From Nitrosopumilus sp. (GTDB lineage Archaea; Thermoproteota; Nitrososphaeria; Nitrososphaerales; Nitrosopumilaceae): DNA of 64,000 bases. The translations under genes and the position numbers were made by a program. Shown here piece after piece: positions 51,485 to 61,048 of the stretch (within the stretch, counting starts at the first letter, position 1; each line of letters begins with the position of its first letter). The notes beneath the pieces were generated by a model. That model made no database searches and was not told the origin of the DNA. It saw nothing but the letters and a program-made list of their open reading frames with translations. The stretch covers positions 864,001 through 928,000 of the forward strand of contig OZ245003.1 in NCBI GenBank assembly GCA_965223425.1, in the 5' to 3' direction.

Positions 51485-52825
51485 CTAAGAATCAGAACTG
51501 CTTCCTTTACCAAACTTCATACCGTCTGCAACTAAAATCGCCCTTAGTTCTGTCATGTCAAGTTTTCCACCCTTCCGTCTGTTGCAGTTACCACATAACA
51601 ATTGGAGGTTTTTGTCATCGTCTTGTCCTCCCTTTACTCTTGGTATGATGTGATCTACTTCTAGGTCTTTGAACTGGTAATGATATTTGCAGCCGTTGCA
51701 GTATCCGTGCTGAATTCCGTATAATGTATGCTTGATGTCTTTGGATCGTCTGCCTTTTCTGTGTGGGATGTCAGTCCTATGTATGACTTCTCCAGCTCCT
51801 GTAATGAATTTGGCAATTCCTGCATCCGTTTTTAGTCTCTGCTCGATAAGCGAATAGGCCCTCTCGGATATGTCACAGCCTATCCATTTTCGGCCCTTTC
51901 GTTCTGCTGCAAGGCACGCAGTGGCACAGCCGCAGAACGGGTCAAACACGACATCGCCGGTATAACTGCTGGCCTCTATGATTCGTTCCAAAAGTGCGAT
52001 TGGTTTTTGTGTGGGATAGCCCAGTTTTTCCATACCCTTAACATTCTGTATGTCTGTCCATATGTTTTGTAACGGAAGTCCCTTTGCATCCTCTCGGTAT
52101 ATCTTGCGGCGTGGAAGCCCGCCCTTTTTCTTTGGATAGTGTATCATGTTGCTTTCTTTCAATTTCAGCATAGATTCCAAAGGCCTTTCCCATATCCTTG
52201 TATGTCCCATGAACTCATACTCATACCCGCCATTTGACAGGTTTTCGGCAGTCACTTTTTCATGGCTATAGTATCCGCGCTCATCCTCATTACTGAAATT
52301 TTTCTTGATGTATTCCTTTGAGTATGGCGTGTAAATTTTATGCCATGTGTACTTTTTGGTTTTTGTATAGAACAATATTTGATCAGAAATCTTTCCGTAT
52401 CTTTTACCGTCATTGTGTGAACTAGTTCGCTTCCACGTAATGTCGTTGCGAAATGACTTACTTCCAAATACTGTGTCAAGTGTCAGTTTTAAATAATGAC
52501 TCATTGTAGTGTCACAGTGCAAATACAATGACCCTTTAGGTTTTAGTATGCGGTACATTTCCAGAATGCGGATTGCCATGTATATCAGATATGACATGGT
52601 AGACTTGCCACCAATCTTTCCAGCAGTGCCAATGATGGAGTATAGCGGTTCGTTCTGATCTGCGATTTCACCCCACCAAGATACATCTACATCGCTTAGT
52701 GTCCATGTGTCCTTGAATTCCATACCAGCTGCCTTTGATCCTATCGGTGCGGCATAGTTGTGTTTGGAATTGAACGGGGGATCAAGGTAGATCAAATCCA
52801 CACTTTCATCCTCCATGCCTCTCAT
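51485..52825 (-). CDS. N6/N4 DNA methyltransferase (beta class) fused to C-terminal HNH
   Basis: IYLDPPF, YPTQKP, FDPFCGCAT; CNGC...VDHIIP..KGG.D...NLQLLC..CN. Confidence 0.9.
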   Translation of the reverse strand: MRGMEDESVDLIYLDPPFNSKHNYAAPIGSKAAGMEFKDTWTLSDVDVSWWGEIADQNEPLYSIIGTAGKIGGKSTMSYLIYMAIRILEMYRILKPKGSLYLHCDTTMSHYLKLTLDTVFGSKSFRNDITWKRTSSHNDGKRYGKISDQILFYTKTKKYTWHKIYTPYSKEYIKKNFSNEDERGYYSHEKVTAENLSNGGYEYEFMGHTRIWERPLESMLKLKESNMIHYPKKKGGLPRRKIYREDAKGLPLQNIWTDIQNVKGMEKLGYPTQKPIALLERIIEASSYTGDVVFDPFCGCATACLAAERKGRKWIGCDISERAYSLIEQRLKTDAGIAKFITGAGEVIHRTDIPHRKGRRSKDIKHTLYGIQHGYCNGCKYHYQFKDLEVDHIIPRVKGGQDDDKNLQLLCGNCNRRKGGKLDMTELRAILVADGMKFGKGSSSDS

Positions 52826-52926
52826 AACAGGCAGGTTATCTGCTATGAAGATAGTCCTGTTTTTGATTCCACTTGCGGAGAACCGCCACCCCCGATTGAG
52901 GAAGATTTGACTTTACGTCTCATACC

Positions 52927-53070
52927 TTAGCGTACTCTTTCCTTGTTCCAATATGGTGACTTGCATTTTACACTGGCACAGTTCTTTGGATCTTCATTTA
53001 CGCTGTACCAGATTTTCCCACATCTGTTACACTCATGCTTCCAATAGTCGCCTTCTACTTTCATACTCAT
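52927..53070 (-). CDS. 47-aa Zn-ribbon protein (not in ORF track)
   Basis: MSMKVEGDYWKHECNRCGKIW...PKNCASVKCKSPYWNKERVR. Confidence 0.65.
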   Translation of the reverse strand: MSMKVEGDYWKHECNRCGKIWYSVNEDPKNCASVKCKSPYWNKERVR

Positions 53071-53302
53071 ACCCTTCTTATGATTCTACCATTATATAAT
53101 TCATATCCGTATATGTGTTCAAAGTATAGTATATATGTGGGTTAAACACATAGTGTAACATGAATCAAAAAGAATTGAGGGCGATGATGAACCGTGTGCG
53201 ATCTGATTTGATGATTGAAACTGACAATCATCAATGGGTTGTCTCTGAGCCCTCACTTTTTGATTATCTTTATTCTATATTAATTTTCGAGGTTGTGTAC
53301 GC

Positions 53303-54340
53303 ATGAAAACAAAACAGATCTATCTAGGCAAATATCAAGCTGGTGATCATGAGGTTAGCTCAACTGGCAAGGGTCTAGTCTGCAGCTGTGGTTTTAATGG
53401 TGACTGTGAATACATCAAGGCCACGTTGGAATTTTTAAAAAAAGCGGAATTTGGCTTGGGCTTTAGAATCATGGAACGCTCAAAACTTCAACTGTGCAAA
53501 TTCTGTAACTCTGGAAATATTGTAAAGGCTGGATTAAAGAAGAACAAAACCAAAACCATGCAGATGTTCAAGTGTAATGACTGCAAGAAAAGGTTTACTG
53601 CTAATTTTGGTTTTGAAAATACTAGGTATGATGACAGTATTATTACGAGTGCCTTGCAGATGTATTTCTCTAAAATGTCAGTACGTAGAATTTCTGAATT
53701 ATTTGAAATGCAGGGAATCAAAGTATCATATCAAGCCATTTACAACTGGATTGAAAAATACTCTAAAATGGCTTCTGTGTATCTAAATGGAATAGTACCA
53801 CATGCAGGCAACTGGTTCAGGGCAGACGAGGTATGGATAAAGATTGCAGGAAAACAAAATTATCTGTTTGCTAGTATGGATGATGATTCTAGATTTTGGT
53901 TGGCCTCTGATGTTGCAGACAACAAGTTTCAACATAATGCAGACAGCCTATTACAGTTAACCAAACTACAAGCTGGTAAGACCCCTAGAAACTTCATTAC
54001 TGATGGATTGCCAGCCTACATGAAATCATCCAAGAAAGTGTTTGGAAAAAAGACAAACCATGTAAGGCATATCCACTTGGCAGGAAAGAGAGACAAAGAT
54101 AACAACAACAAGATGGAACGACTGAACGGTGAAATAAGAGATCGTGAAAAAGTGTTTAGAGGTCTCAAAAAGATGGATACGCCTGTATTGGATGGCATGA
54201 GGGTTTACTATAATTTCACCAAAAAGCATGGTTCCTTAGATGGCAAGACCCCAGCAGAAGCATCAAAGATTGAGGTTGAGGGTACTAACAAGTGGAAGAC
54301 AATCATACAGAATGCCAGTCTGAACAAGGCTACTGTGTGA
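53303..54340 (+). CDS. IS6-family DDE transposase with Zn ribbon
   Basis: CKFC...CNDC, WFRADE, FITDGLPAY, NNKMERLN. Confidence 0.9.
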   Translation: MKTKQIYLGKYQAGDHEVSSTGKGLVCSCGFNGDCEYIKATLEFLKKAEFGLGFRIMERSKLQLCKFCNSGNIVKAGLKKNKTKTMQMFKCNDCKKRFTANFGFENTRYDDSIITSALQMYFSKMSVRRISELFEMQGIKVSYQAIYNWIEKYSKMASVYLNGIVPHAGNWFRADEVWIKIAGKQNYLFASMDDDSRFWLASDVADNKFQHNADSLLQLTKLQAGKTPRNFITDGLPAYMKSSKKVFGKKTNHVRHIHLAGKRDKDNNNKMERLNGEIRDREKVFRGLKKMDTPVLDGMRVYYNFTKKHGSLDGKTPAEASKIEVEGTNKWKTIIQNASLNKATV

Positions 54341-54445
54341 GTGATTTTTTTGAATTCAGAGAAGATCCATATTTCATATCTATATCACTACAACTTGACA
54401 GAACCCAATAGAGGGATTTTAAATCGTGGTTATTCTTGGAATGTA

Positions 54446-55021
54446 ATGTTGATTGGAGGTGCAGATGTCTCAGGTGATAGTCGTGAAGGACAACAGAAAC
54501 ATATTGCCTTTCTTGTCGGAAAAGAAGAATCCATAAATAAATTACATGATAAAATTGGGCTTGAACGAATTCACATGAGTACGATTTCAGAAAAGGATAG
54601 AATGAATGTTTATCGTAATCTCAAATCAATTTCCAACGATATTCATGTTTGGTGTTTTCATGTTGATCGTCAACGTATTGAAGAACACATACAGAATCAT
54701 AAGAAATTTCTCAAGTATAAAATGCCAAAACATAATATTCACAAAAACTTTGATCTAAATTGGCTTCGATTATTCAGGAGTGAACTTGAAAACACGACAA
54801 TGCCATTTGGAATAGCTGTTACAGATCTTGTCATTCAAACAGATGGCGACATGGTCAAAACCATAAGAAACTGGAGGATGAAAAATTCCAATGTAGGAAA
54901 AGCACACGAACTAGCCGATGCAGTTGCATGGTGCAATCAAAAAAACATCAAGATTGATTGCAAGGTATTGGATCTGCGAGATGAGATAAAGAAAAAGATG
55001 GAGCAAACTCTATTAAAATAA
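54446..55021 (+). CDS. DUF3800-like RNase H-fold protein (start revised to ATG 54446)
   Basis: N-terminal DVSGD and C-terminal ELADAVAW resemble the DESG and QxAD motifs. Confidence 0.55.
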   Translation: MLIGGADVSGDSREGQQKHIAFLVGKEESINKLHDKIGLERIHMSTISEKDRMNVYRNLKSISNDIHVWCFHVDRQRIEEHIQNHKKFLKYKMPKHNIHKNFDLNWLRLFRSELENTTMPFGIAVTDLVIQTDGDMVKTIRNWRMKNSNVGKAHELADAVAWCNQKNIKIDCKVLDLRDEIKKKMEQTLLK

Positions 55022-55029
55022 TGAAAAGG

Positions 55030-55124
55030 TCAGGAACAATTGATCCCTAGTGCCGCGAATAACTGCCAAGGCAGCAAGTGTACTTTGTACACAATCTCCA
55101 CCACCTAGAGGGTAAGTATCCTGA
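55030..55124 (+). ncRNA. Candidate structured RNA downstream of the DUF3800-like gene
   Basis: Closing stems tcagga/tcctga and ccctag/ctagaggg enclose hairpins ctgcc-aa-ggcag and gtgtac-ttt-gtacac. Confidence 0.55.
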
Positions 55125-55162
55125 TAATAATACTACAACATACCAATATAAAAAATCTCACC

Positions 55163-57997
55163 TCATTTTCGTGACTGATTCTTTGCAGATTTTCCCTGAT
55201 CCCTCTTTCCATTTGGAATGAATCCCATGATTTTTTCCAGCAAATTCTGTATGATCCACCTAAAGCTTGACGTGTTTTTTACCAGTGTAAGGATACTGCC
55301 TGAAACCAATGGAATGACCACTAGTGCCATCAGATAGGTATAGTCTTCCCTGTATATGGCAACAATCTCCATATCCTGACTTGCAACAAAAGATGCCACA
55401 GACGAATCTGCATCAATTCCCTTCCAGTGATCAAAGACATCACGGATCAAAAACAACACCCTGTCTTTGTCTGGTGCAGATATCTCAACTATATCGCCAA
55501 TCTTGTACACGCCAGAGCCCTGCCCGTCAACCACATCAATCAGAATCTCCTCGTTGTACGATGCTGATATCCTTACATCCTGTGTTGGCGTAATGTGAAG
55601 ATAATTCCCCTTGATCTCCTCAGCGTTTACAGTCATCTTTTCAAATGTATATCCCCTGCTGTGCGCAGTCGCTTTTTTAGAAAACGCAATCTCGATATCG
55701 TCTGGCCTAAACTCTGAATAGTACGGCGATACAGCTTCGATTGCACTGCCGCCTACTGTAACATCAAACGGCATGGCCAGTCTTTTTCCCTCTGCATCAT
55801 GTATTGTAACATCAATTGAGAATATTTTTTTTACAGATATGGTTTCTGATATCGATACTGTCTCATAGCCGTCCCTTGTTGCAAGTACGGTAATTGTTGA
55901 TGATTCGTCTTCTGCATCAGGCGTTATTACAAACGTATCGTGTGCAGTATGCTCGTATGGATGATCCGTGATTAGCGTATAGCTTGCATTAACAGAGTTG
56001 AGAGCCTTCAGCACTGTCTGCTGGCCCACTCTCAAATCCGTCTTTTCAATGTCCAGGCTGACACTCATAGTATTTGCAAACCCAGATAGTTCCAGCTCTG
56101 ATGCCCCCACATCTGAGATTATCGAGGCCTGCGCATCACCGGAATTCTCCAGCAGCATGTATCCATCCCGTATTGTGACTCCAAGAGGGGAGGAGATCTT
56201 CCAGTGTGTGGCCTTGTACAGTGGCACTCCAAAGGAATCCACTGCATGTACGGCAAACGGAAACCATTCCTGAATGTGAACCTGTTCTGGCGCAAGCAGC
56301 TCTATTGATGTGGCAATCTTTGCAGGCAAGATATCTGCGCTGGCCGAATCTATGCCGTCCATTGTTGCAGTGATGGCATCTGTCTTGGATAGTACGCCGC
56401 CAATTGTCGCCGAACCCGAATGTGTGGGCTGTATGGCACCGGACAGTCTGGCAGATTCAGAGTATATCAAAAACTCTACGTCCCTTCCAAAGACGTCTTG
56501 CGCATCAATCATGGCGCCGCTTTTGTCTGTTATGCTGACTATGGCAACATCTTGTTTTGTGTGCGCAGTTGCAGCAAGTACGGTAATGTCCAGCCCAAAC
56601 TCCTCTGTGTGTTGCGGGGCAATTTCCACTCTGGCATTGCCTGACTCTAGGCCCTTACCTGATATCTGAATCTCATGAGTCCCATGATCTCCTGTGATCT
56701 CAAACTCTATTGCGTTGGTCTTTGTTATGTGCTGCTGCTCTAAAAGATAGACGCCGTCGTGTTCTAGTCCGTCTGAAGAGGAGACATAGACAGTACCATG
56801 TGAGCTTGCAGGGGTGATTGTGGCGCCTTGGGATATTGCGCCGTCCATCTTTCCGACATCATCAATGAACAGCTCCAATGACTGTGTCTTGTTTATGTGG
56901 TATGTGGCAGCTACCCCCCATGCGGATTCAGATGTAACATCAGGGTATATCCAGGATAGTATGAGGTTTGGCTCATGTTCTGTGTCATCTCGCACCACAA
57001 AGTTTTGCTCCTGAATCTTTATTGTTGCAGAGTCGCCTGTGTTGCCAATCTTTGCAGGACCCACAAATATCGTATCATGTGCCGTGCCAAACCCCGCACT
57101 TGCAGTAATTGTTGCGTATCCCCTGTTGCCAGTGTACAGTATTCCCTTTGCAACGCCATCTACTAGATGTATCTGAAATCCGTCTGAACCTGTAACGTAC
57201 GGGTTTGTGTTTAGTCTTGCAATGTCTGCGTTGCTAGAATGAACAAAGGCATCTACCACATACGGCGGTACAAACGGTCTTTGCTCCTTTTCTAACCACA
57301 CATAGTAAAATGCATAAGAGTTCTCCATGGCAATGTCCGGAGCTATGGCCATTCTGAGGGTGAATCCGTCTTGAATCTTTTCTATGTGCGTCTTGTACGA
57401 GTCCAGCTGATCGGCACTTGCAATTATGTGGCCTGTCCCGCCTATGTCCATCTCAAATGCTTTTAGAGTCGTACCGTTTCTTATGGTAATCGTATCTGGG
57501 GCATCAATTGCCTGCGTCGTGCTAATGCCTATCCTCAGGTTCTCATTTGCAGGTGCAGGAGAGCCGCCCTCATCTACAAGCATCACATATCCAAGCATTG
57601 AATCTGCTTTTGTCTTGTTTGCAGGAATTACAATTTGCAGCCCGGATGCTTCGCTTTTTTTAGAATAGACCTGCGTTGATACAGAGTATAGCTGCCCGTC
57701 AATTGCTGCAAAGACATCTGCTGTTCCCTCATGTATTGGAGCAACTGAGAATATCCCATGATTCTGATAGGGTAGAATGGAGACGCTTTCCTGAATGTTT
57801 ATTGCATCATCGCCGGCAGACAGCAAGACAAGTGAGCCCCGAGGCGTTGCCTCTGATATGACGACCCCCTCGTATTGCTCCCCTGCAATCATGTGCTCTG
57901 GCACCCACAGTATCACGTCAGCTTTTGCATATGCTGGTGCTGCCACGCACGCCAAAAAAACCATGCACAAAAAGACCACACACAGCAAGCTTTTCAT
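55163..57997 (-). CDS. Large multi-Ig-like surface protein with C-terminal TM
   Basis: Signal peptide, beta-rich body, GSGVYKIGD...FDHW repeat-like motif, TM anchor. Confidence 0.75.
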   Translation of the reverse strand: MKSLLCVVFLCMVFLACVAAPAYAKADVILWVPEHMIAGEQYEGVVISEATPRGSLVLLSAGDDAINIQESVSILPYQNHGIFSVAPIHEGTADVFAAIDGQLYSVSTQVYSKKSEASGLQIVIPANKTKADSMLGYVMLVDEGGSPAPANENLRIGISTTQAIDAPDTITIRNGTTLKAFEMDIGGTGHIIASADQLDSYKTHIEKIQDGFTLRMAIAPDIAMENSYAFYYVWLEKEQRPFVPPYVVDAFVHSSNADIARLNTNPYVTGSDGFQIHLVDGVAKGILYTGNRGYATITASAGFGTAHDTIFVGPAKIGNTGDSATIKIQEQNFVVRDDTEHEPNLILSWIYPDVTSESAWGVAATYHINKTQSLELFIDDVGKMDGAISQGATITPASSHGTVYVSSSDGLEHDGVYLLEQQHITKTNAIEFEITGDHGTHEIQISGKGLESGNARVEIAPQHTEEFGLDITVLAATAHTKQDVAIVSITDKSGAMIDAQDVFGRDVEFLIYSESARLSGAIQPTHSGSATIGGVLSKTDAITATMDGIDSASADILPAKIATSIELLAPEQVHIQEWFPFAVHAVDSFGVPLYKATHWKISSPLGVTIRDGYMLLENSGDAQASIISDVGASELELSGFANTMSVSLDIEKTDLRVGQQTVLKALNSVNASYTLITDHPYEHTAHDTFVITPDAEDESSTITVLATRDGYETVSISETISVKKIFSIDVTIHDAEGKRLAMPFDVTVGGSAIEAVSPYYSEFRPDDIEIAFSKKATAHSRGYTFEKMTVNAEEIKGNYLHITPTQDVRISASYNEEILIDVVDGQGSGVYKIGDIVEISAPDKDRVLFLIRDVFDHWKGIDADSSVASFVASQDMEIVAIYREDYTYLMALVVIPLVSGSILTLVKNTSSFRWIIQNLLEKIMGFIPNGKRDQGKSAKNQSRK

Positions 57998-58101
57998 CTA
58001 AATACGAATTTGAGTTTTGGATTTAAGCGGGAAAGAACTGATTCATATGAGACACCTGCCAGAATTCACAATACTTTCATAAAAAAAATAGCTGCGGTTT
58101 A

Positions 58102-58278
58102 TTATTCTATCCTTAGCGCCTTTGATGGACACTCATCTACTGTTTTTCTGATCTGCTCTTCTGGAGCACCGTCCTGGATTATGACAAACTTTCCGTCCTG
58201 TACTGAAAACACAGACGGAAGGCTCTTTACGCATTTTCCAGAATGAATGCAGGTTTCCTCATCCCAGCTTACTTTCAT
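58102..58278 (-). CDS. YjdI-like single-cluster ferredoxin (not in ORF track)
   Basis: MKVSWDEETCIHSGKCVKSLPSVF...ECPSKALRIE. Confidence 0.75.
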   Translation of the reverse strand: MKVSWDEETCIHSGKCVKSLPSVFSVQDGKFVIIQDGAPEEQIRKTVDECPSKALRIE

Positions 58279-58336
58279 GGTTTACTTGTATGCCTACAAC
58301 TAGAAAAACTAGACGGTTTGTACGCTTGAACCCATG

Positions 58337-60562
58337 TCACATGCTTGTGTTTATGCTGGCATACCGCAAAACAGCAGTGGCAGATGCCGTACTGCTCCTT
58401 TGATATTCAGTAAATCCGGAAGGCACAGGCGGAATACTCCCCTGTGCAAATATCTGATTGTAAAAATAAAACTCTACAAAGTCTGCCTCTCTTACTGGGA
58501 CTGAAATCGTGTCTGTTATGGTAATTTCAGGATATGAGAACCGCGCAATGTGAGTAGCTGAGGTACTGTAACTTTGTGCTGTGTGGTCAGTATCTGGCGT
58601 ATCGCTGAAAAATATCTGTGTTCTGGTATTGCCGTTTATCTGTGTGATCTCCCCGTTGATGTACACCTCAATCCATGTTGTAAGCGGGTCTACGGGCCGA
58701 GGGGGCGGGGGAGGAGGCGGATTGCCCAGATACTTTCGGGTGTTTGTAATTTCAGACGTCCCAGATATGGTTGCCTGCACATGTGCTTTTGCGTTTCCGT
58801 CGTGCGTGGCAATCATGTATGCTATGGCCCCAGCCGTTGACTGTACACTGTGGATAAAGCCGTCTGGATTGTTTTGCGTAACAGTGTCTGATACAGAGTC
58901 TGCAATGTATAGTCCCGTGCCGCTCAGTACGTCTGCTACGTTCAGGGATGTCGGCACACCGTTGATTCTCATGTGAATGCTTTGGTATGTCGGGATTACT
59001 GGGACAAAGATGCCCTGTCCCTCTGTATAGTTTCCATCAAGATACCGCAAAGGCAGCGTTTCATCCAAACTGATTCCAGTTATCGTTACATCTCCTATCA
59101 CTGGAATCTTGACATAGGCATGAACGTTGTATAGGGTATCTTTTAGTTTGGATCCTGCAAATATTCTGTCATGTATGGTGTCGTGCAGTGTCACATCATT
59201 GTGGTGATCAAATATTACGGTTTGAATGTCCGGTGAACCGGCACTATGCATGATGGACTTGTCATGTATGTGGAGTATTCCGCCAATTTCAGATGACACA
59301 TCTGAATCCGGCGCAGGTATGCTTATCGTGCCTTGTTCTGTGGTAAATCCTGCCGCAATTGTGTGGCCGTCCCGGATTATGCTGTAGCCAGTATCAGGGG
59401 CCACTCCGGACACATCTATGAAATTTCTCTGCCCCAGTGCCGTTCCTTTGATCTCAGATGCCCCTCCTGCTGAATCAATTATCAGATAGTTGTCATTGCC
59501 TGATGGCAGCGTAATCGTAGTCTCAAAATTTCCAGAAAACGCATGAATCTCCCTTACTGGAAGCGTGTCATATATCCAGTGACTAAAATCGCCCACATTG
59601 TTGTAGTTTATTCTAAAGATTTTGGCACCGGGCCTCAGAATGTCCCCGATGTTCATATTTTGCGGATTTGCAGTGTCGCCAACTATGACATGGTATCTGC
59701 TAGTGGAGTCTGGCTGGACTATCAGGGGCGCATTTACTGTCACTGTATTGGTTCCAGATGCCGTGTACCTTCCCTTGCAACATTTTCCGTGGTATACAGA
59801 GGCACTGGCACTCTGCGTGTATTGGAATGTGGCAGATTTCTCAGAGTCATCTGCAGAGCCTGCCTCTAAGGCCAGACCTGTAGTTGCTGGGTTGCATGTG
59901 CAGTGATTTATCAAAAACCCGCGGGTTGCATCATGTGTAATTGTAATCAGATTATACGGGGACTCTGCTAACCGGATTGTGGTGCCCTGGCTGAGCTTTC
60001 CGGTCAGTACAATCTCTTCTACGTTATGATCATCTAGGTGCAGTATGGTTCTTCCCCTGCCTTCGATGAGAATCTTATCGTGCAGATCAACTTGTGCGTT
60101 GCCGTTTATTTTTCTAGAGTCAGTATATCCAAGTATGTTGGGATGATCATTTGATGAGACCCTTGACAAAACCCCACCGTCTCTGCCGACGTTTTCCATG
60201 TCATAGCCATGGTAAAACTCTGGTATCTCTGCAAGTCTGGAAAGCTCTGTGTCAAGTACGGCAGTTACAAACTTTGTCTGCGGATGCATTGTATTGTATG
60301 GTTTGATGGACTGTTCTTTGCCAAGCAGCAGTCCTGTTGCGTGTATTACTTTGCCGGTGTAACCCTCGTGTACGAGTCTGGAGCTTATTCCTACCCCATC
60401 TAGCATCGATGTGCCGTTGCCTGCACCGTCATTGCTTTCGTTTAATGCATCTGTGCCATCCAACACAAAGACGTTGCCTCTGCCAGTTACTATCTCGATG
60501 CTATCTGCATGTGCTGCACATGGCACAAAAAATGCAAGAATCAACAGTACGTACAGCCTCAT
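58337..60562 (-). CDS. Large secreted beta-rich protein
   Basis: Signal peptide, 741 aa, poly-Pro linker; starts 1 nt after the pilin-like gene stop. Confidence 0.7.
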   Translation of the reverse strand: MRLYVLLILAFFVPCAAHADSIEIVTGRGNVFVLDGTDALNESNDGAGNGTSMLDGVGISSRLVHEGYTGKVIHATGLLLGKEQSIKPYNTMHPQTKFVTAVLDTELSRLAEIPEFYHGYDMENVGRDGGVLSRVSSNDHPNILGYTDSRKINGNAQVDLHDKILIEGRGRTILHLDDHNVEEIVLTGKLSQGTTIRLAESPYNLITITHDATRGFLINHCTCNPATTGLALEAGSADDSEKSATFQYTQSASASVYHGKCCKGRYTASGTNTVTVNAPLIVQPDSTSRYHVIVGDTANPQNMNIGDILRPGAKIFRINYNNVGDFSHWIYDTLPVREIHAFSGNFETTITLPSGNDNYLIIDSAGGASEIKGTALGQRNFIDVSGVAPDTGYSIIRDGHTIAAGFTTEQGTISIPAPDSDVSSEIGGILHIHDKSIMHSAGSPDIQTVIFDHHNDVTLHDTIHDRIFAGSKLKDTLYNVHAYVKIPVIGDVTITGISLDETLPLRYLDGNYTEGQGIFVPVIPTYQSIHMRINGVPTSLNVADVLSGTGLYIADSVSDTVTQNNPDGFIHSVQSTAGAIAYMIATHDGNAKAHVQATISGTSEITNTRKYLGNPPPPPPPRPVDPLTTWIEVYINGEITQINGNTRTQIFFSDTPDTDHTAQSYSTSATHIARFSYPEITITDTISVPVREADFVEFYFYNQIFAQGSIPPVPSGFTEYQRSSTASATAVLRYASINTSM

Positions 60563-60563
60563 G

Positions 60564-60917
60564 TTATCCCCTCGACGTAATTTGTGCTATTGCATCTGCA
60601 ACTCTGGGATCTGCAGGTATCGTATGTGTCTGCGATGAAAGAATGGTAGTTTCTGCCTTTTGCGTATGTATCACAAACCCTGAATCATCAAGTATTCGAA
60701 TCTCCCTGATGTGAATTGGAACAGAGCCCATGTTTTTTAGCCGCAGCTCCCCGTCTTGGATTGTGACTGCTGCCTGCTCCTGTAGTCGTTGTGCCTGCAT
60801 CTCTGCAGTCCTTTGCGTGGTATCTGAATATCTGACCTGCTCATCTGAAAAGGAGATCATCATGGATATCGAGGCTACTGCCACTGCCAAAACCCCTAAA
60901 ATCACAATCGGATTCAT
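60564..60917 (-). CDS. Pilin/FlaF-like protein (start ATG 60917)
   Basis: MNPIVILGVLAV helix; LKNMGSVPIHI. Confidence 0.65.
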   Translation of the reverse strand: MNPIVILGVLAVAVASISMMISFSDEQVRYSDTTQRTAEMQAQRLQEQAAVTIQDGELRLKNMGSVPIHIREIRILDDSGFVIHTQKAETTILSSQTHTIPADPRVADAIAQITSRG

Positions 60918-60966
60918 AACATTGCAAATTTGAGGAGTATTTAAGGCAAAAAATACCCTCACCGAT

Positions 60967-61048
60967 CACCCCGTTGTTGCCAACGGTAGGCAACAACAGG
61001 GCAATAAACCACCCCGTTGTTGCCAACAGTAGGCAACAACAGGGCAAT
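60967..61048. repeat. Two tandem 39-bp palindromic repeats
   Basis: caccccgttgttgccaac(g/a)gtaggcaacaacagggcaat at 60967 and 61010. Confidence 0.9.

Larger units (their letters stand above)
51423..54405. mobile_element. IS6-family element with passenger genes
   Basis: TIRs GGTTCTGTAACAAATT and AACTTGACAGAACC; 8-bp TSD CAATAGAG at 51415-51422 and 54406-54413. Confidence 0.88.

Noticed and set aside
54341-54445. 5' extension of the DUF3800-like ORF
   Set aside because: Spans the IS6 right end and TSD, so it is not part of the original gene
60967-61048. Palindromic repeats as CRISPR
   Set aside because: Only 4 nt between the copies
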